A stretch of 64,000 bases of DNA from a virus. The notes beneath the pieces are model-generated. The model was given only the letters and a program-made list of their open reading frames with translations, made no database searches and was not told the DNA's origin. Location of the stretch: IMG/VR virus record IMGVR_UViG_3300027872_000001. One strand, written 5' to 3'. Shown here piece after piece: positions 40,701 to 48,102 of this stretch (position 1 is its first letter; each line of letters starts with the position of its first letter). Both the position numbers and the translations under genes were made by a program.

Positions 40701-41079
40701 GGATATCCTCTCTGCTGTAAGCGACCAGGACGTGCGTTCCGACCTCCTTCACTCCACTGGCCCGCGCTTTATCAAGCAAAGGTATCCTCTGTTGATCCAG
40801 TTTCATCTTTGCCTCTCTCTCATCGTTAGCCACGACTCCCACAAGAAACTCTCTGCGGTCGTTGCGGTCGTCTTCCCGGCCTGTCCACCAATGCCAATAG
40901 ATGGGTTGGCTGTAACCCCTGAGTCGTTCAATTACCTCGTCCTTGGTAGCCATGCGCTTCTTGTATGTCTTAGCTCCATGGTCCCGACCAAAACCCCATC
41001 CGATAGCACCACCCATGATGGCGACGACCAGCAAAACAAACGAGGCCTGTAACCAAGTCCACATTGATATCTCACCCAT
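40684..41079 (-). CDS. membrane-anchored hypothetical protein
   Basis: 131 aa. TM segment WLQASFVLLVVAIMGGAIGWGF. The start codon abuts the stop of the TnpB-like gene. Confidence 0.55.
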   Translation of the reverse strand: MGEISMWTWLQASFVLLVVAIMGGAIGWGFGRDHGAKTYKKRMATKDEVIERLRGYSQPIYWHWWTGREDDRNDRREFLVGVVANDEREAKMKLDQQRIPLLDKARASGVKEVGTHVLVAYSREDIHVQTI

Positions 41080-42389
41080 TATTGCTCTCCCCTCTGGCCT
41101 ACGGCCAACAGTCTATTCTTTAACCGTGACTCGATCATGTTCAATTCCTCCACCTTTCCCTTCAGGATCTTTCCCGGCTTGCGGGTGATCTTCCTTCGGC
41201 TCTTAGGCAACAGGTTCTTGAGCGCGTTCCACTCAGCCCAATGGGACCGGCCACACTTCTCGCACAGGACGGAATGAGAAGCGTTGACCACCTGGGTCTG
41301 GCCTCCGCAGCGGCAACAATTACGGGTGACTCCAACCTTGTAGTCATTGACCACCTTGAAGGGCAATCCTGCCAGGGCCATCTTGTATTGAAGCTCGTCC
41401 AGCAGCTTCGCAAAGCAGTAGTTGGCCATGCGATAGTTCTTGGCCTTCTCCGGAGGACTCTTGCCCTTGGTGAACTTGTCGCGCACACGATTGTGACGAC
41501 CTACGGTGATGGCAGGATTGGTTCCCTCAACAGCCACGAAGATCCAATCACAGACCTGGGCCGAGACTGTATGCGTGATCCAGGTAGCAAAACGGTTCTC
41601 TCTCTGCCCAATCTGCTTGATCTTCTGGAGCTTCTTCTTCTCTCCCAGGGCCTTGCGGAGATTCCTCCATTTCCTTTTCAAATTCCAGTAGCTCTGGCCT
41701 CGGACGGTGAGGTAGCGGTAGGAGTTGTCGGCGTACACCACCAGGACAGAGACCAGCTTCCGCTGGCCTGTGTGGATGGTCACCAGGGATTTCCCTACGC
41801 CCTTCTCCCGTTTCACAATCGGCAACCGGCAAGCGATCGCTGCATACCATTTGCTTTTTCTCCGGAAGATCTCAACCTCTCCGTGTTTGACCGCCTTCTC
41901 GAGTACGACCTTCTGTCTTTCACCGCAGCGGAACTCACAGTCAATGACCAGATCCTTGCGGAGTTGGATCCGCAGCCGGTACTCTCGTTTCATTTCATCA
42001 TCCACAGGCAGCACCGAGACAGCCCGATCACGCGCACAGACGCGAGGTCTCCCGTCAGTCACGGAGGGCAGACCCCTCTCTTTGCTTTTCCATAGGCCAA
42101 CATAGGATCTCCAGTTAGCGTTGATTTCCTGTGCAGCGGAGTCTTTCAGGTGGGAAGGGTAATCCTTCGGCATGGCGTGACGGGCCACGGAAGCGGTAGC
42201 AGACTCATCCTCGGCTTCTTTGGCAGCTAGGACAGCGCGGGTTCCTCGAACGAGACAATCTTTGTAGAGTTCACACCAGTAAAGAAGTTCAGCTTCGATC
42301 TCCGGAGTGACGAGGAGTTTGACTTTGGCGGCAACGGTCTGCTCGGTTTGGTCCTGTTTCACTACGGTTGTCCCTTCTAACAATCCCAC
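41079..42389 (-). CDS. tnpB: TnpB / Cas12-family (IS605 OrfB-like) protein with apparently substituted RuvC catalytic residues
   Basis: 436 aa. OrfB-like N-terminus VKLLVTPEIEAELLYWCELY and zinc ribbon CCRCGG...CEKCGR. The RuvC-I position reads VTIHTG (usually GIDxG), RuvC-II reads ITVGRH (usually hhhEDL), and RuvC-III reads AEWNALKNL (usually ADxNAAxNI). The GTG start lies 12 nt after a motif copy. Confidence 0.75.
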   Translation of the reverse strand: MGLLEGTTVVKQDQTEQTVAAKVKLLVTPEIEAELLYWCELYKDCLVRGTRAVLAAKEAEDESATASVARHAMPKDYPSHLKDSAAQEINANWRSYVGLWKSKERGLPSVTDGRPRVCARDRAVSVLPVDDEMKREYRLRIQLRKDLVIDCEFRCGERQKVVLEKAVKHGEVEIFRRKSKWYAAIACRLPIVKREKGVGKSLVTIHTGQRKLVSVLVVYADNSYRYLTVRGQSYWNLKRKWRNLRKALGEKKKLQKIKQIGQRENRFATWITHTVSAQVCDWIFVAVEGTNPAITVGRHNRVRDKFTKGKSPPEKAKNYRMANYCFAKLLDELQYKMALAGLPFKVVNDYKVGVTRNCCRCGGQTQVVNASHSVLCEKCGRSHWAEWNALKNLLPKSRRKITRKPGKILKGKVEELNMIESRLKNRLLAVGQRGEQ

Positions 42390-42412
42390 GATTAATGAGA
42401 CCTAACATTCCC
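42377..42412 (-). promoter_or_regulatory. two motif copies at the TnpB-like gene start
   Basis: ctaacattccc (42402, 12 nt upstream of the GTG at 42389) and ctaacaatccc (42377, codons 2-5). Confidence 0.65.
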
Positions 42413-42528
42413 CTAAAAAGGGGATGGGGAGTGTGTGGCCCGACCTTTTGGGTCTACCACCCTCCCCATCGTGCGCTGTGTTAGGCAGCGCGGACGGTTA
42501 GCGAACTTGAGCGCACACCGCCTCACTA
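42413..42528 (-). other. GC-rich structured spacer between tRNA-Met and the TnpB-like gene (candidate terminator or ncRNA)
   Basis: Extended hairpin GGGGAG..GACC-TTTTG-GGTC..CTCCCC (plus 42426..42467). A second stem pairs GTGCGC (42471) with GCGCAC (42511), with an inner CGCTG-tgttagg-CAGCG. CCCCTAAAAAGGGG lies next to the motif. Confidence 0.4.
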
Positions 42529-42605
42529 TGGTAGCGGGGGAGGGATTCGAACCCCCGACCTCAAGGTTATGAGCCTTGCGAGCTACCGGACTGCTCTACC
42601 CCGCG
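42529..42605 (-). tRNA. tRNA-Met (anticodon CAT), initiator-like
   Basis: 77-nt cloverleaf on the minus strand: CGCGGGG-TA-GAGC-AGTCCGGTA-GCTC-G-CAAGG-CTCATAA-CCTTG-AGGTC-GGGGG-TTCGAAT-CCCTC-CCCCGCT-A-CCA. The C1xU72 mismatch and A11:U24 are initiator-like. CCA is encoded. Confidence 0.85.
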
Positions 42606-43037
42606 TTAATTAACCAAGGCATCCGATTGAATGAGTTTTCCCTGTTCGACCAAGTCAACGGCTTTTTCTAGCATCCACAATACACTCTGCCTATTGCCAG
42701 GGTCCAGATGTTTGACCTCGATGGTGACTCCTTGGCCTAATTCCTTACCTTCTGGGCCTGTCAGCTTCCAGGTCTGAATCTCCAAAGTGGGGTTTAGAAT
42801 GTTTCGGTCGATGTCACCAACACCGCCACAGTACGGACAGGGATCGAGGATCTTACCTTCCGACTTCAGTTGCCCTACTCCCCGGCAGAAGTTACAGACG
42901 ACTCTAGTACCACCTGTCTTGCGCTGCTCCTGCAGCAACGCTTCCCTCATGGCTTTAACAGTCTGCTGGAGGACCTCAACGGCTTCCATGAGGTCCTTGT
43001 TGGCCGAGAGCAGGATCTCGATTACTTTTCCTTCCAT
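42606..43037 (-). CDS. DnaJ-type zinc-finger (CxxCxGxG x2) protein
   Basis: CNFCRGVGQ...CPYCGGVGD. 143 aa. The stop codon is directly adjacent to the tRNA 5' end. Confidence 0.65.
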   Translation of the reverse strand: MEGKVIEILLSANKDLMEAVEVLQQTVKAMREALLQEQRKTGGTRVVCNFCRGVGQLKSEGKILDPCPYCGGVGDIDRNILNPTLEIQTWKLTGPEGKELGQGVTIEVKHLDPGNRQSVLWMLEKAVDLVEQGKLIQSDALVN

Positions 43038-44659
43038 TATGATACTAGCTTTTCAAGGTTGACGGGTTCGAGTTTCGTTTTCTTTTTCGTGGCCTTCTTC
43101 TTGGCCGTTTTCTTCTTGGCTTTGGCTTTCTCTTTCGCCTTGGCCTCTCGCTTCACATCTTTTTCAATCTGTGCCGAGTCGATATCGAACATAGTACACG
43201 CATCCTTGAAAGAATCGTGAAGTTTTCCTTGCCAATCTCTGTGTCCTTCACGGCTCACGGTCAACTCGACAACGATGCTTCGCACTTCAGAGCCTTTGGC
43301 CGTTTCCAGATAGTCGAGCAGAAACTTGCCCCATTTCATATTCCAGGCGTCCTTCGCCATGGTGTAGGGGATCTCTCGACGCTTGATGAGAGCCTGAACT
43401 GTGTCGCTGGTGTACCAATTATGGGTCAGTGATTTAGCAAGAAACAACCAGAATTTGTCGGTGACTTTCGTTGACTTGGCGTTGTCAGCGATCTGAGCTA
43501 GAGATTCCTTGAATACCTCGGACTGGAGCTTCCTTTTCGCTGTCTCTTTTTTCTGCTCGTCCTTCCATTTATTATCTCGATTCCCTGACTCTCGCGCCCA
43601 CTTGAACTTCTTTTTGAGGACCGCTTCGGCTTCCGTTTTCTTCACGGTAGGGATAAGCCCATCCTCGGTTTGAACCAACGTGATCTCAGGACAATCCTTA
43701 CCGAGCAACTCTTGATAGCTCCGGGTCTTGCCATCCTCGTAGCATTGTTTTTTGAGTTCAAGCAGGGAACTGTTGTGCGACAGCCGACCATAGGAGATAT
43801 GCTTCTCAGCTTCTTTCCCCGCCAGAACTTCCTTGCCTTGGGCTTTTGCTTTCTCTATGAGGATCGCTTGGTTGGTTTCCACTTTAGCGCGAAAACACTC
43901 CGGGTCAGTACACACATCTGCACTCGTATTCGGGTAGAGATCCTTCTGGTTCCCGGTGCGCTTGGGACAGGTCGTACAGGGTCCTGCCTTGGGTAGCAGC
44001 TTTTCATCCTTCGTGGAAAAACCACACCCCTTGAGTCGGATCATGTAGTTTTCCTCGATATGCTCCTTAGATGCACGGAAAGTCATTGCTCCGTCTTCGT
44101 TCCAGTTGTCCCCTTCAAGAATTTCTTCCAGAGCCTTGTCCTGTTGGGCTTTGCCGGGGATACGAGCGATCAGCAAACCTATGGAGGCAGAGATCTCCCC
44201 CTTGTCCAAAGCCTTCCGGCCTTTTACGCAGAGACTTACCAGCTTTAGCCGACCATAGATATAGGCACGGCTCTTGTTGATCTTCTCGGCCAAGTCCTCG
44301 GCCTTGTACCCGAACTTGTCGAGCATGTAGCGGTAGCCAAAGGCTTCTTCGATCTCTGTGAGGTCCTGACGTTGAAGGTTCTCGATCATCCCAAGCTCAA
44401 AGGCTTCTTCGTCCGTCAGTTTCTTGGTGATAGCTGGAATGGTTTTGAGTTTGGCCTTTTGACTGGCTCGGAACCGGCGTTCCCCGACGACCAGCTGGAA
44501 CTTATCGCCATCGGGACGAACCAAGATTGGTTGCAGCACCCCATGTGTCTTGATGTTTTCGGCCAGATCAGCCAGAGCTTCCGGGTCGAAATACTTGCGC
44601 GGGTTGGTTTTGGAGAGGGTGACGCTCTCCAATGGAAGATTGATTACAGTGTTTCCCAT
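43037..44659 (-). CDS. ParB/Srx N-terminal domain protein with long C-terminal extension and Lys-rich tail
   Basis: NPRKYFDPEALADLAENIKTHGVLQPILVR...VVGERRFRA is the ParB box (GERR). TIR is GAAAGGATAGGGAAATG. Confidence 0.8.
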   Translation of the reverse strand: MGNTVINLPLESVTLSKTNPRKYFDPEALADLAENIKTHGVLQPILVRPDGDKFQLVVGERRFRASQKAKLKTIPAITKKLTDEEAFELGMIENLQRQDLTEIEEAFGYRYMLDKFGYKAEDLAEKINKSRAYIYGRLKLVSLCVKGRKALDKGEISASIGLLIARIPGKAQQDKALEEILEGDNWNEDGAMTFRASKEHIEENYMIRLKGCGFSTKDEKLLPKAGPCTTCPKRTGNQKDLYPNTSADVCTDPECFRAKVETNQAILIEKAKAQGKEVLAGKEAEKHISYGRLSHNSSLLELKKQCYEDGKTRSYQELLGKDCPEITLVQTEDGLIPTVKKTEAEAVLKKKFKWARESGNRDNKWKDEQKKETAKRKLQSEVFKESLAQIADNAKSTKVTDKFWLFLAKSLTHNWYTSDTVQALIKRREIPYTMAKDAWNMKWGKFLLDYLETAKGSEVRSIVVELTVSREGHRDWQGKLHDSFKDACTMFDIDSAQIEKDVKREAKAKEKAKAKKKTAKKKATKKKTKLEPVNLEKLVS

Positions 44660-44680
44660 TTCCCTATCCTTTCTTTTCGT

Positions 44681-44692
44681 CCTAACAATTCC
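44681..44692 (-). promoter_or_regulatory. motif variant GGGGAATTGTTAG
   Basis: Plus strand ctaacaattccc, 21 nt upstream of the ATG at 44659. Confidence 0.6.
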
Positions 44693-44737
44693 CCTGGGGA
44701 GTTATTCCCCATTAAAGAATTTTAACATAGAACCCTG

Positions 44738-44986
44738 TCAAAACCCGCTCAGATCTTCTCCCTTCATCACGGCAATCAGGCGTTCATACCTCTTGGTCAG
44801 GCTCTTGTCACCCATAGCTTCGACCAAAGGTCGCATATGCTCTGCCTCCGTGACGCTCTTGAGGAAATCCTTCTCAACATGCCTGAAATAGATCCACAGA
44901 CACTTGGTACAGCCTGAACGAAACCCCTTGGGCGGTCCTTCTGCGGGGAAATAGAGGGGATGGGTCTCGCAGTAGCCCTCTGTCAT
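44738..44986 (-). CDS. hypothetical protein
   Basis: ORF track, 82 aa. ATGA overlap. Confidence 0.55.
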   Translation of the reverse strand: MTEGYCETHPLYFPAEGPPKGFRSGCTKCLWIYFRHVEKDFLKSVTEAEHMRPLVEAMGDKSLTKRYERLIAVMKGEDLSGF

Positions 44987-45561
44987 ATGAGACTTGCTGC
45001 TTCCAGGGCTGCTCGTTGATAGACGGTGACGTGGTCAGCGTTGGGATCCTCGATGGCTTCACCTATCTTGGTGAGCACCAGGGCATCGGCCAGGTCGTCG
45101 GAGTCCAGGTCGATCTTCCACCGCTTGAGGACCTCCTTGGGAATCATACTCTTGCTCCCGGGACTACCCACGAAACGCTTCAAGGTGGTGGGTGAGACAA
45201 GAATGTAAGGCACGTCCATATCATTGAGGGTAAACCTTACGATTCCCCCGATCTCACAGAGGATGGACTTGCCGCGGCCTATGGCTCCAAAAGCGTAGTC
45301 CTCCAGGATTACTTCGTCGGCGTGGTCAGCGAAGAACCTTACCCTTTCAACGATGTGATTCCATTTCTCTTCTCTTGATGGTCCAGGTTTCTTTTTCGTC
45401 GGCCGAGGGAAATCAATGAGGAAAAAAGAGTAGCCTTTCTTATTCAGAACGCCTGGGTGAGACACGCTATCTATAGTGCCGGCGAATTGTTGCAGAGCAT
45501 CAGTGCGTATGCACAGCCCTGTGGAGTTGAGCGACAGGTCAATACCTAAGATGCTTTTCAC
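44983..45561 (-). CDS. RuvC-like Holliday junction resolvase
   Basis: MKSILGIDLSLNSTGLCI carries the first catalytic Asp, VILEDYAFGA the Glu, followed by ...KRFVGSPGSKSM...DDLADAL. Confidence 0.7.
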   Translation of the reverse strand: MKSILGIDLSLNSTGLCIRTDALQQFAGTIDSVSHPGVLNKKGYSFFLIDFPRPTKKKPGPSREEKWNHIVERVRFFADHADEVILEDYAFGAIGRGKSILCEIGGIVRFTLNDMDVPYILVSPTTLKRFVGSPGSKSMIPKEVLKRWKIDLDSDDLADALVLTKIGEAIEDPNADHVTVYQRAALEAASLI

Positions 45562-45964
45562 TGTCCATCACCTTTCTGAAGGGTCCGTAGAGATCGTCCG
45601 ACACCTTGAGCAGACGCTCAAAGATTCGTCTTACTGGCTTCTCCTTGATCCGTTTCTTGGGTCTGCAACCGAAAGGACAGTGCATCCTCTCGTCTTTGGT
45701 AGCACCGTACAGCTGGCAGAGGATCGGCCTGACCTCATGGATCGAGCAGAGCCCCTCCTTTAAGTAGGGACAGGTGAGAGAGTCCAGGTCCGTGGCTAAC
45801 AGTTCCCCCCGGTCCCGCTGCTGGAGCCAGTCCACGATGACGATCTGTTCCGCTTCGCTCCAGAAGACAGGACCGCAGGCTTCCTGGCACTTCTGCTTGC
45901 AATGGAAGTTCGGGATCTTCCTGGAGACCTGAGCGTAGAGATCCTTGGCGTCCCTGAGATTCAT
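45539..45964 (-). CDS. YkgJ/CxxCxxCC-type Fe-S/zinc cluster protein
   Basis: ORF 45539..46021 trimmed to the ATG at 45964 (ATGA overlap). CKQKCQEACG...CPYL..GLCSIHEVRPILCQ. Confidence 0.55.
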   Translation of the reverse strand: MNLRDAKDLYAQVSRKIPNFHCKQKCQEACGPVFWSEAEQIVIVDWLQQRDRGELLATDLDSLTCPYLKEGLCSIHEVRPILCQLYGATKDERMHCPFGCRPKKRIKEKPVRRIFERLLKVSDDLYGPFRKVMDSEKHLRY

Positions 45965-47826
45965 AGCTGTGTAACGCTGGAGACTCCTTCCTCGTTCTTC
46001 ACCATATAGAACTTGGCCCACTTCACCGGGGGCTTCTTGAACTCCTCGTCAGGGATCATGAGGCTCCAGAAGACGAAGCTCTGATCCAGCTTCGCTTCCT
46101 TGATCATATCTAGCATGACCATCCTAAAGGGTGGGGTCAGAAGCTCGGCGTTGTCCACACAGATGAAGTTGAATTTTGACCACTTCGCCAGGGCGATCTG
46201 TAGAGCCACACCCAAACGAAATCGTTCCGACCTGGACAAGCTGGCTACGGGTCGTGTCCTGGCCTTGATCAGCCAGGGGTCCACTTGGATATCTAGCTCA
46301 AAGCCGAACCGCTTCAGGGGTCCGTTGACCGCATCTTGGAAGGCGGTAACCTTGTCGTGGATCAACTGCAACCGTACCCCCTTGGGCCCGAAGAAATCGA
46401 CCAGAGATTCCAGGTGTCCGGACTTGATCTCCAGCTCCTTCATTTTCTCGGCTACTTGCTCGACCAGGTCCCGGCGCAGTTTCCATTGCTTCGCTTTTTC
46501 CAGGACACTCCGACCTACCTTGATTCTCTCCGCAAGTTCAGCCTTCCACTTCTCCAGCTTGACCACTTCCGGGTTCTCCGTGGTATCTTCCTGGGCCTCC
46601 AGCTCCTTCAGCTTTTCTTCCAGTTCTTTCAGCTTCTCCTTATTGCTGTTGTAACTCTTGGTCGTTTTCCGGAAGACTTCAGCCTCTGCTTCGACTTGAG
46701 AGGGAGAAGTGTAGTCAGCCTCTAGCTTCTCCATTTTCTCCTTGAGGTCATGGGCTTCCCCCTGGCGCGTTCTCTCCAGGTCTGTCTGTTCCACCACACC
46801 GGCCTGGATCTGCTTTACCTGGGCAGGGCATTTGAATGTGGCGCCAATGCAAGACCCGTCGAAGTGCTCCAAGAGAACCTTGGCCTGGGAGTGCTGTGTC
46901 ATGTGGGCTAGGGCGTAGGTGCGCTTGCGCTCCAGCTCGTCGTACTTCTTCTTGTGTGCTGCCTCATCCTTCTTTGCCTTGTTCAACTTGGCGGTCAGTG
47001 CCTTGGCTGCTTCTTTGGTGGGCTTCTGGAAGTTCTCGAACCAGTTGTTCAGGATGGTTATCTCACCCTGCAGCCGTTCGATTGCGTTGCGCTGAAACCC
47101 CTTGCCGTGTCCAATCAGCTCTGCTGTCTCTGCAATCGCTTTCTTCTCCTGATCCTCAATACCCCGCAGCTGTGCCTCGATCTTGTCGATGGGTGGTTCA
47201 TCACCCTCCGGAGGATCTGGGGCCTTGGTCTGCTTGATCTCCCGGTTCACATCGGTGCGTTCCCGGTACACCTTTTCGTAGGCAGCGTCCAGGACCGGGA
47301 TAGAATTGAACTTCAAGCCACTGACGAACTCTAGCGCAGCGGGATCCCCGTCGAACTTCTCGAGGATCGCTTCATGTTTGACCTCAACCCCAATGATATT
47401 CAGGATCGCTTCCTTCTGCGCCTTGGAATCCCACAGAAAGAAGTCCGTCGTGTTGAGGCACGCCGATATGATCTCCGGACGAAAGGGAAGCTCGACGGTC
47501 TCGCAGGACTCACCCTTTTCGTTGATCCATTCGATGTAACGATTTGTCAGGGCAACACCCCGCTCGGCTATGCCCCAATCCGTTTGCACTCGGACTACAA
47601 ATCTCTTGGCTTCGTCCAGGTCGTGAATCAGATCCCTCACGTTGTCGTTGCGCTTGCGATAGCTCTCGCACTGACCGACCAGGGCGAACTCGACGGCCTT
47701 CTTTATTGAAGACTTGCCGGCGTTCAACGCACCGAGGAACAAGTGTATTTTGGGAGTCTTCTTGAACTCCAAGAAGGTGCTCTTATGACTGGTGAAATTG
47801 TCCAACTTCAAGCTATTGATCTGCAT
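45961..47826 (-). CDS. Rad50/SbcC-like SMC-family ATPase
   Basis: N-terminal LKLDNFTSHKST...FLGALNAGKSSIKKAVEFAL (Walker A), a long coiled-coil middle, LSRSERFRL (signature-like) and FICVDNAELL (Walker B). Confidence 0.8.
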   Translation of the reverse strand: MQINSLKLDNFTSHKSTFLEFKKTPKIHLFLGALNAGKSSIKKAVEFALVGQCESYRKRNDNVRDLIHDLDEAKRFVVRVQTDWGIAERGVALTNRYIEWINEKGESCETVELPFRPEIISACLNTTDFFLWDSKAQKEAILNIIGVEVKHEAILEKFDGDPAALEFVSGLKFNSIPVLDAAYEKVYRERTDVNREIKQTKAPDPPEGDEPPIDKIEAQLRGIEDQEKKAIAETAELIGHGKGFQRNAIERLQGEITILNNWFENFQKPTKEAAKALTAKLNKAKKDEAAHKKKYDELERKRTYALAHMTQHSQAKVLLEHFDGSCIGATFKCPAQVKQIQAGVVEQTDLERTRQGEAHDLKEKMEKLEADYTSPSQVEAEAEVFRKTTKSYNSNKEKLKELEEKLKELEAQEDTTENPEVVKLEKWKAELAERIKVGRSVLEKAKQWKLRRDLVEQVAEKMKELEIKSGHLESLVDFFGPKGVRLQLIHDKVTAFQDAVNGPLKRFGFELDIQVDPWLIKARTRPVASLSRSERFRLGVALQIALAKWSKFNFICVDNAELLTPPFRMVMLDMIKEAKLDQSFVFWSLMIPDEEFKKPPVKWAKFYMVKNEEGVSSVTQL

Positions 47827-47864
47827 GGTTTTATCTTTCTATCTCCTGGTTTTAGTGTGAAGTC

Positions 47865-47875
47865 CTAACATTCCC
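47865..47875 (-). promoter_or_regulatory. GGGGARTGTTAG motif copy (rightmost in the window)
   Basis: Plus strand ctaacattccc, 38 nt upstream of the ATG at 47826, with SD CAGGAGATAG in between. Confidence 0.7.
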
Positions 47876-47881
47876 CAAGCT

Positions 47882-48100
47882 CTAGGTCGGGATTCGTCGG
47901 AACTGCCACGCTTCGAAGCGTTTGATGGACAGCTCTATGTTTTCCACTCCTTCCTTGTTCCCTATCGCCAGCATGAGATCCCGGTAGGCTCTCAAGGCGT
48001 GGGAAGCCAGAATGTCCTGTGCCCTGAAGACGACAACTGGCTCGTTGGGATCGTGGATCCTGTCAATCTGAATCTCTCCGTACTTTACGTCTTGTGCCAT
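47882..48100 (-). CDS. hypothetical protein
   Basis: ORF track, 72 aa. Confidence 0.55.
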   Translation of the reverse strand: MAQDVKYGEIQIDRIHDPNEPVVVFRAQDILASHALRAYRDLMLAIGNKEGVENIELSIKRFEAWQFRRIPT

Positions 48101-48102
48101 GA

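Noticed and set aside
34877-42105. Long plus-strand ORFs inside leftward genes (for example 36354..37169, 41241..42095, 38278..38577, 33325..34008, 32249..32866, 51976..52638)
   Set aside because: These are antisense shadow ORFs. Their composition is Gly/Arg/Pro/Leu-rich, they have no TIR, and each is fully embedded in a motif-supported gene on the other strand. The same applies to the minus ORFs 10235..10828, 10741..11352 and 10746..11231 in the rightward block.
17731-42389. Serine recombinase plus TnpB-like gene as an IS607-type element
   Set aside because: The two genes are 23 kb apart on opposite strands with about 50 genes in between, and I found no shared terminal repeats.
42426-42467. 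The hairpin upstream of the TnpB-like gene as an IS200/IS605 left-end hairpin
   Set aside because: There is no TnpA and I could not find a matching right-end hairpin. The phage motif lies between the hairpin and the gene. A tRNA terminator or processing structure is the simpler reading.
3402-47875. The motif as a sigma54 (-24/-12) promoter, or as a rho-independent or T7-class-II-type terminator
   Set aside because: The GG-to-TT spacing (4 nt) does not fit TGGCAC-N5-TTGC. No hairpin or U-tract accompanies the motif. The triple array at 5216-5277 has no upstream gene to terminate. The copy at 19907 with no downstream gene keeps a 3'-end role from being fully excluded.
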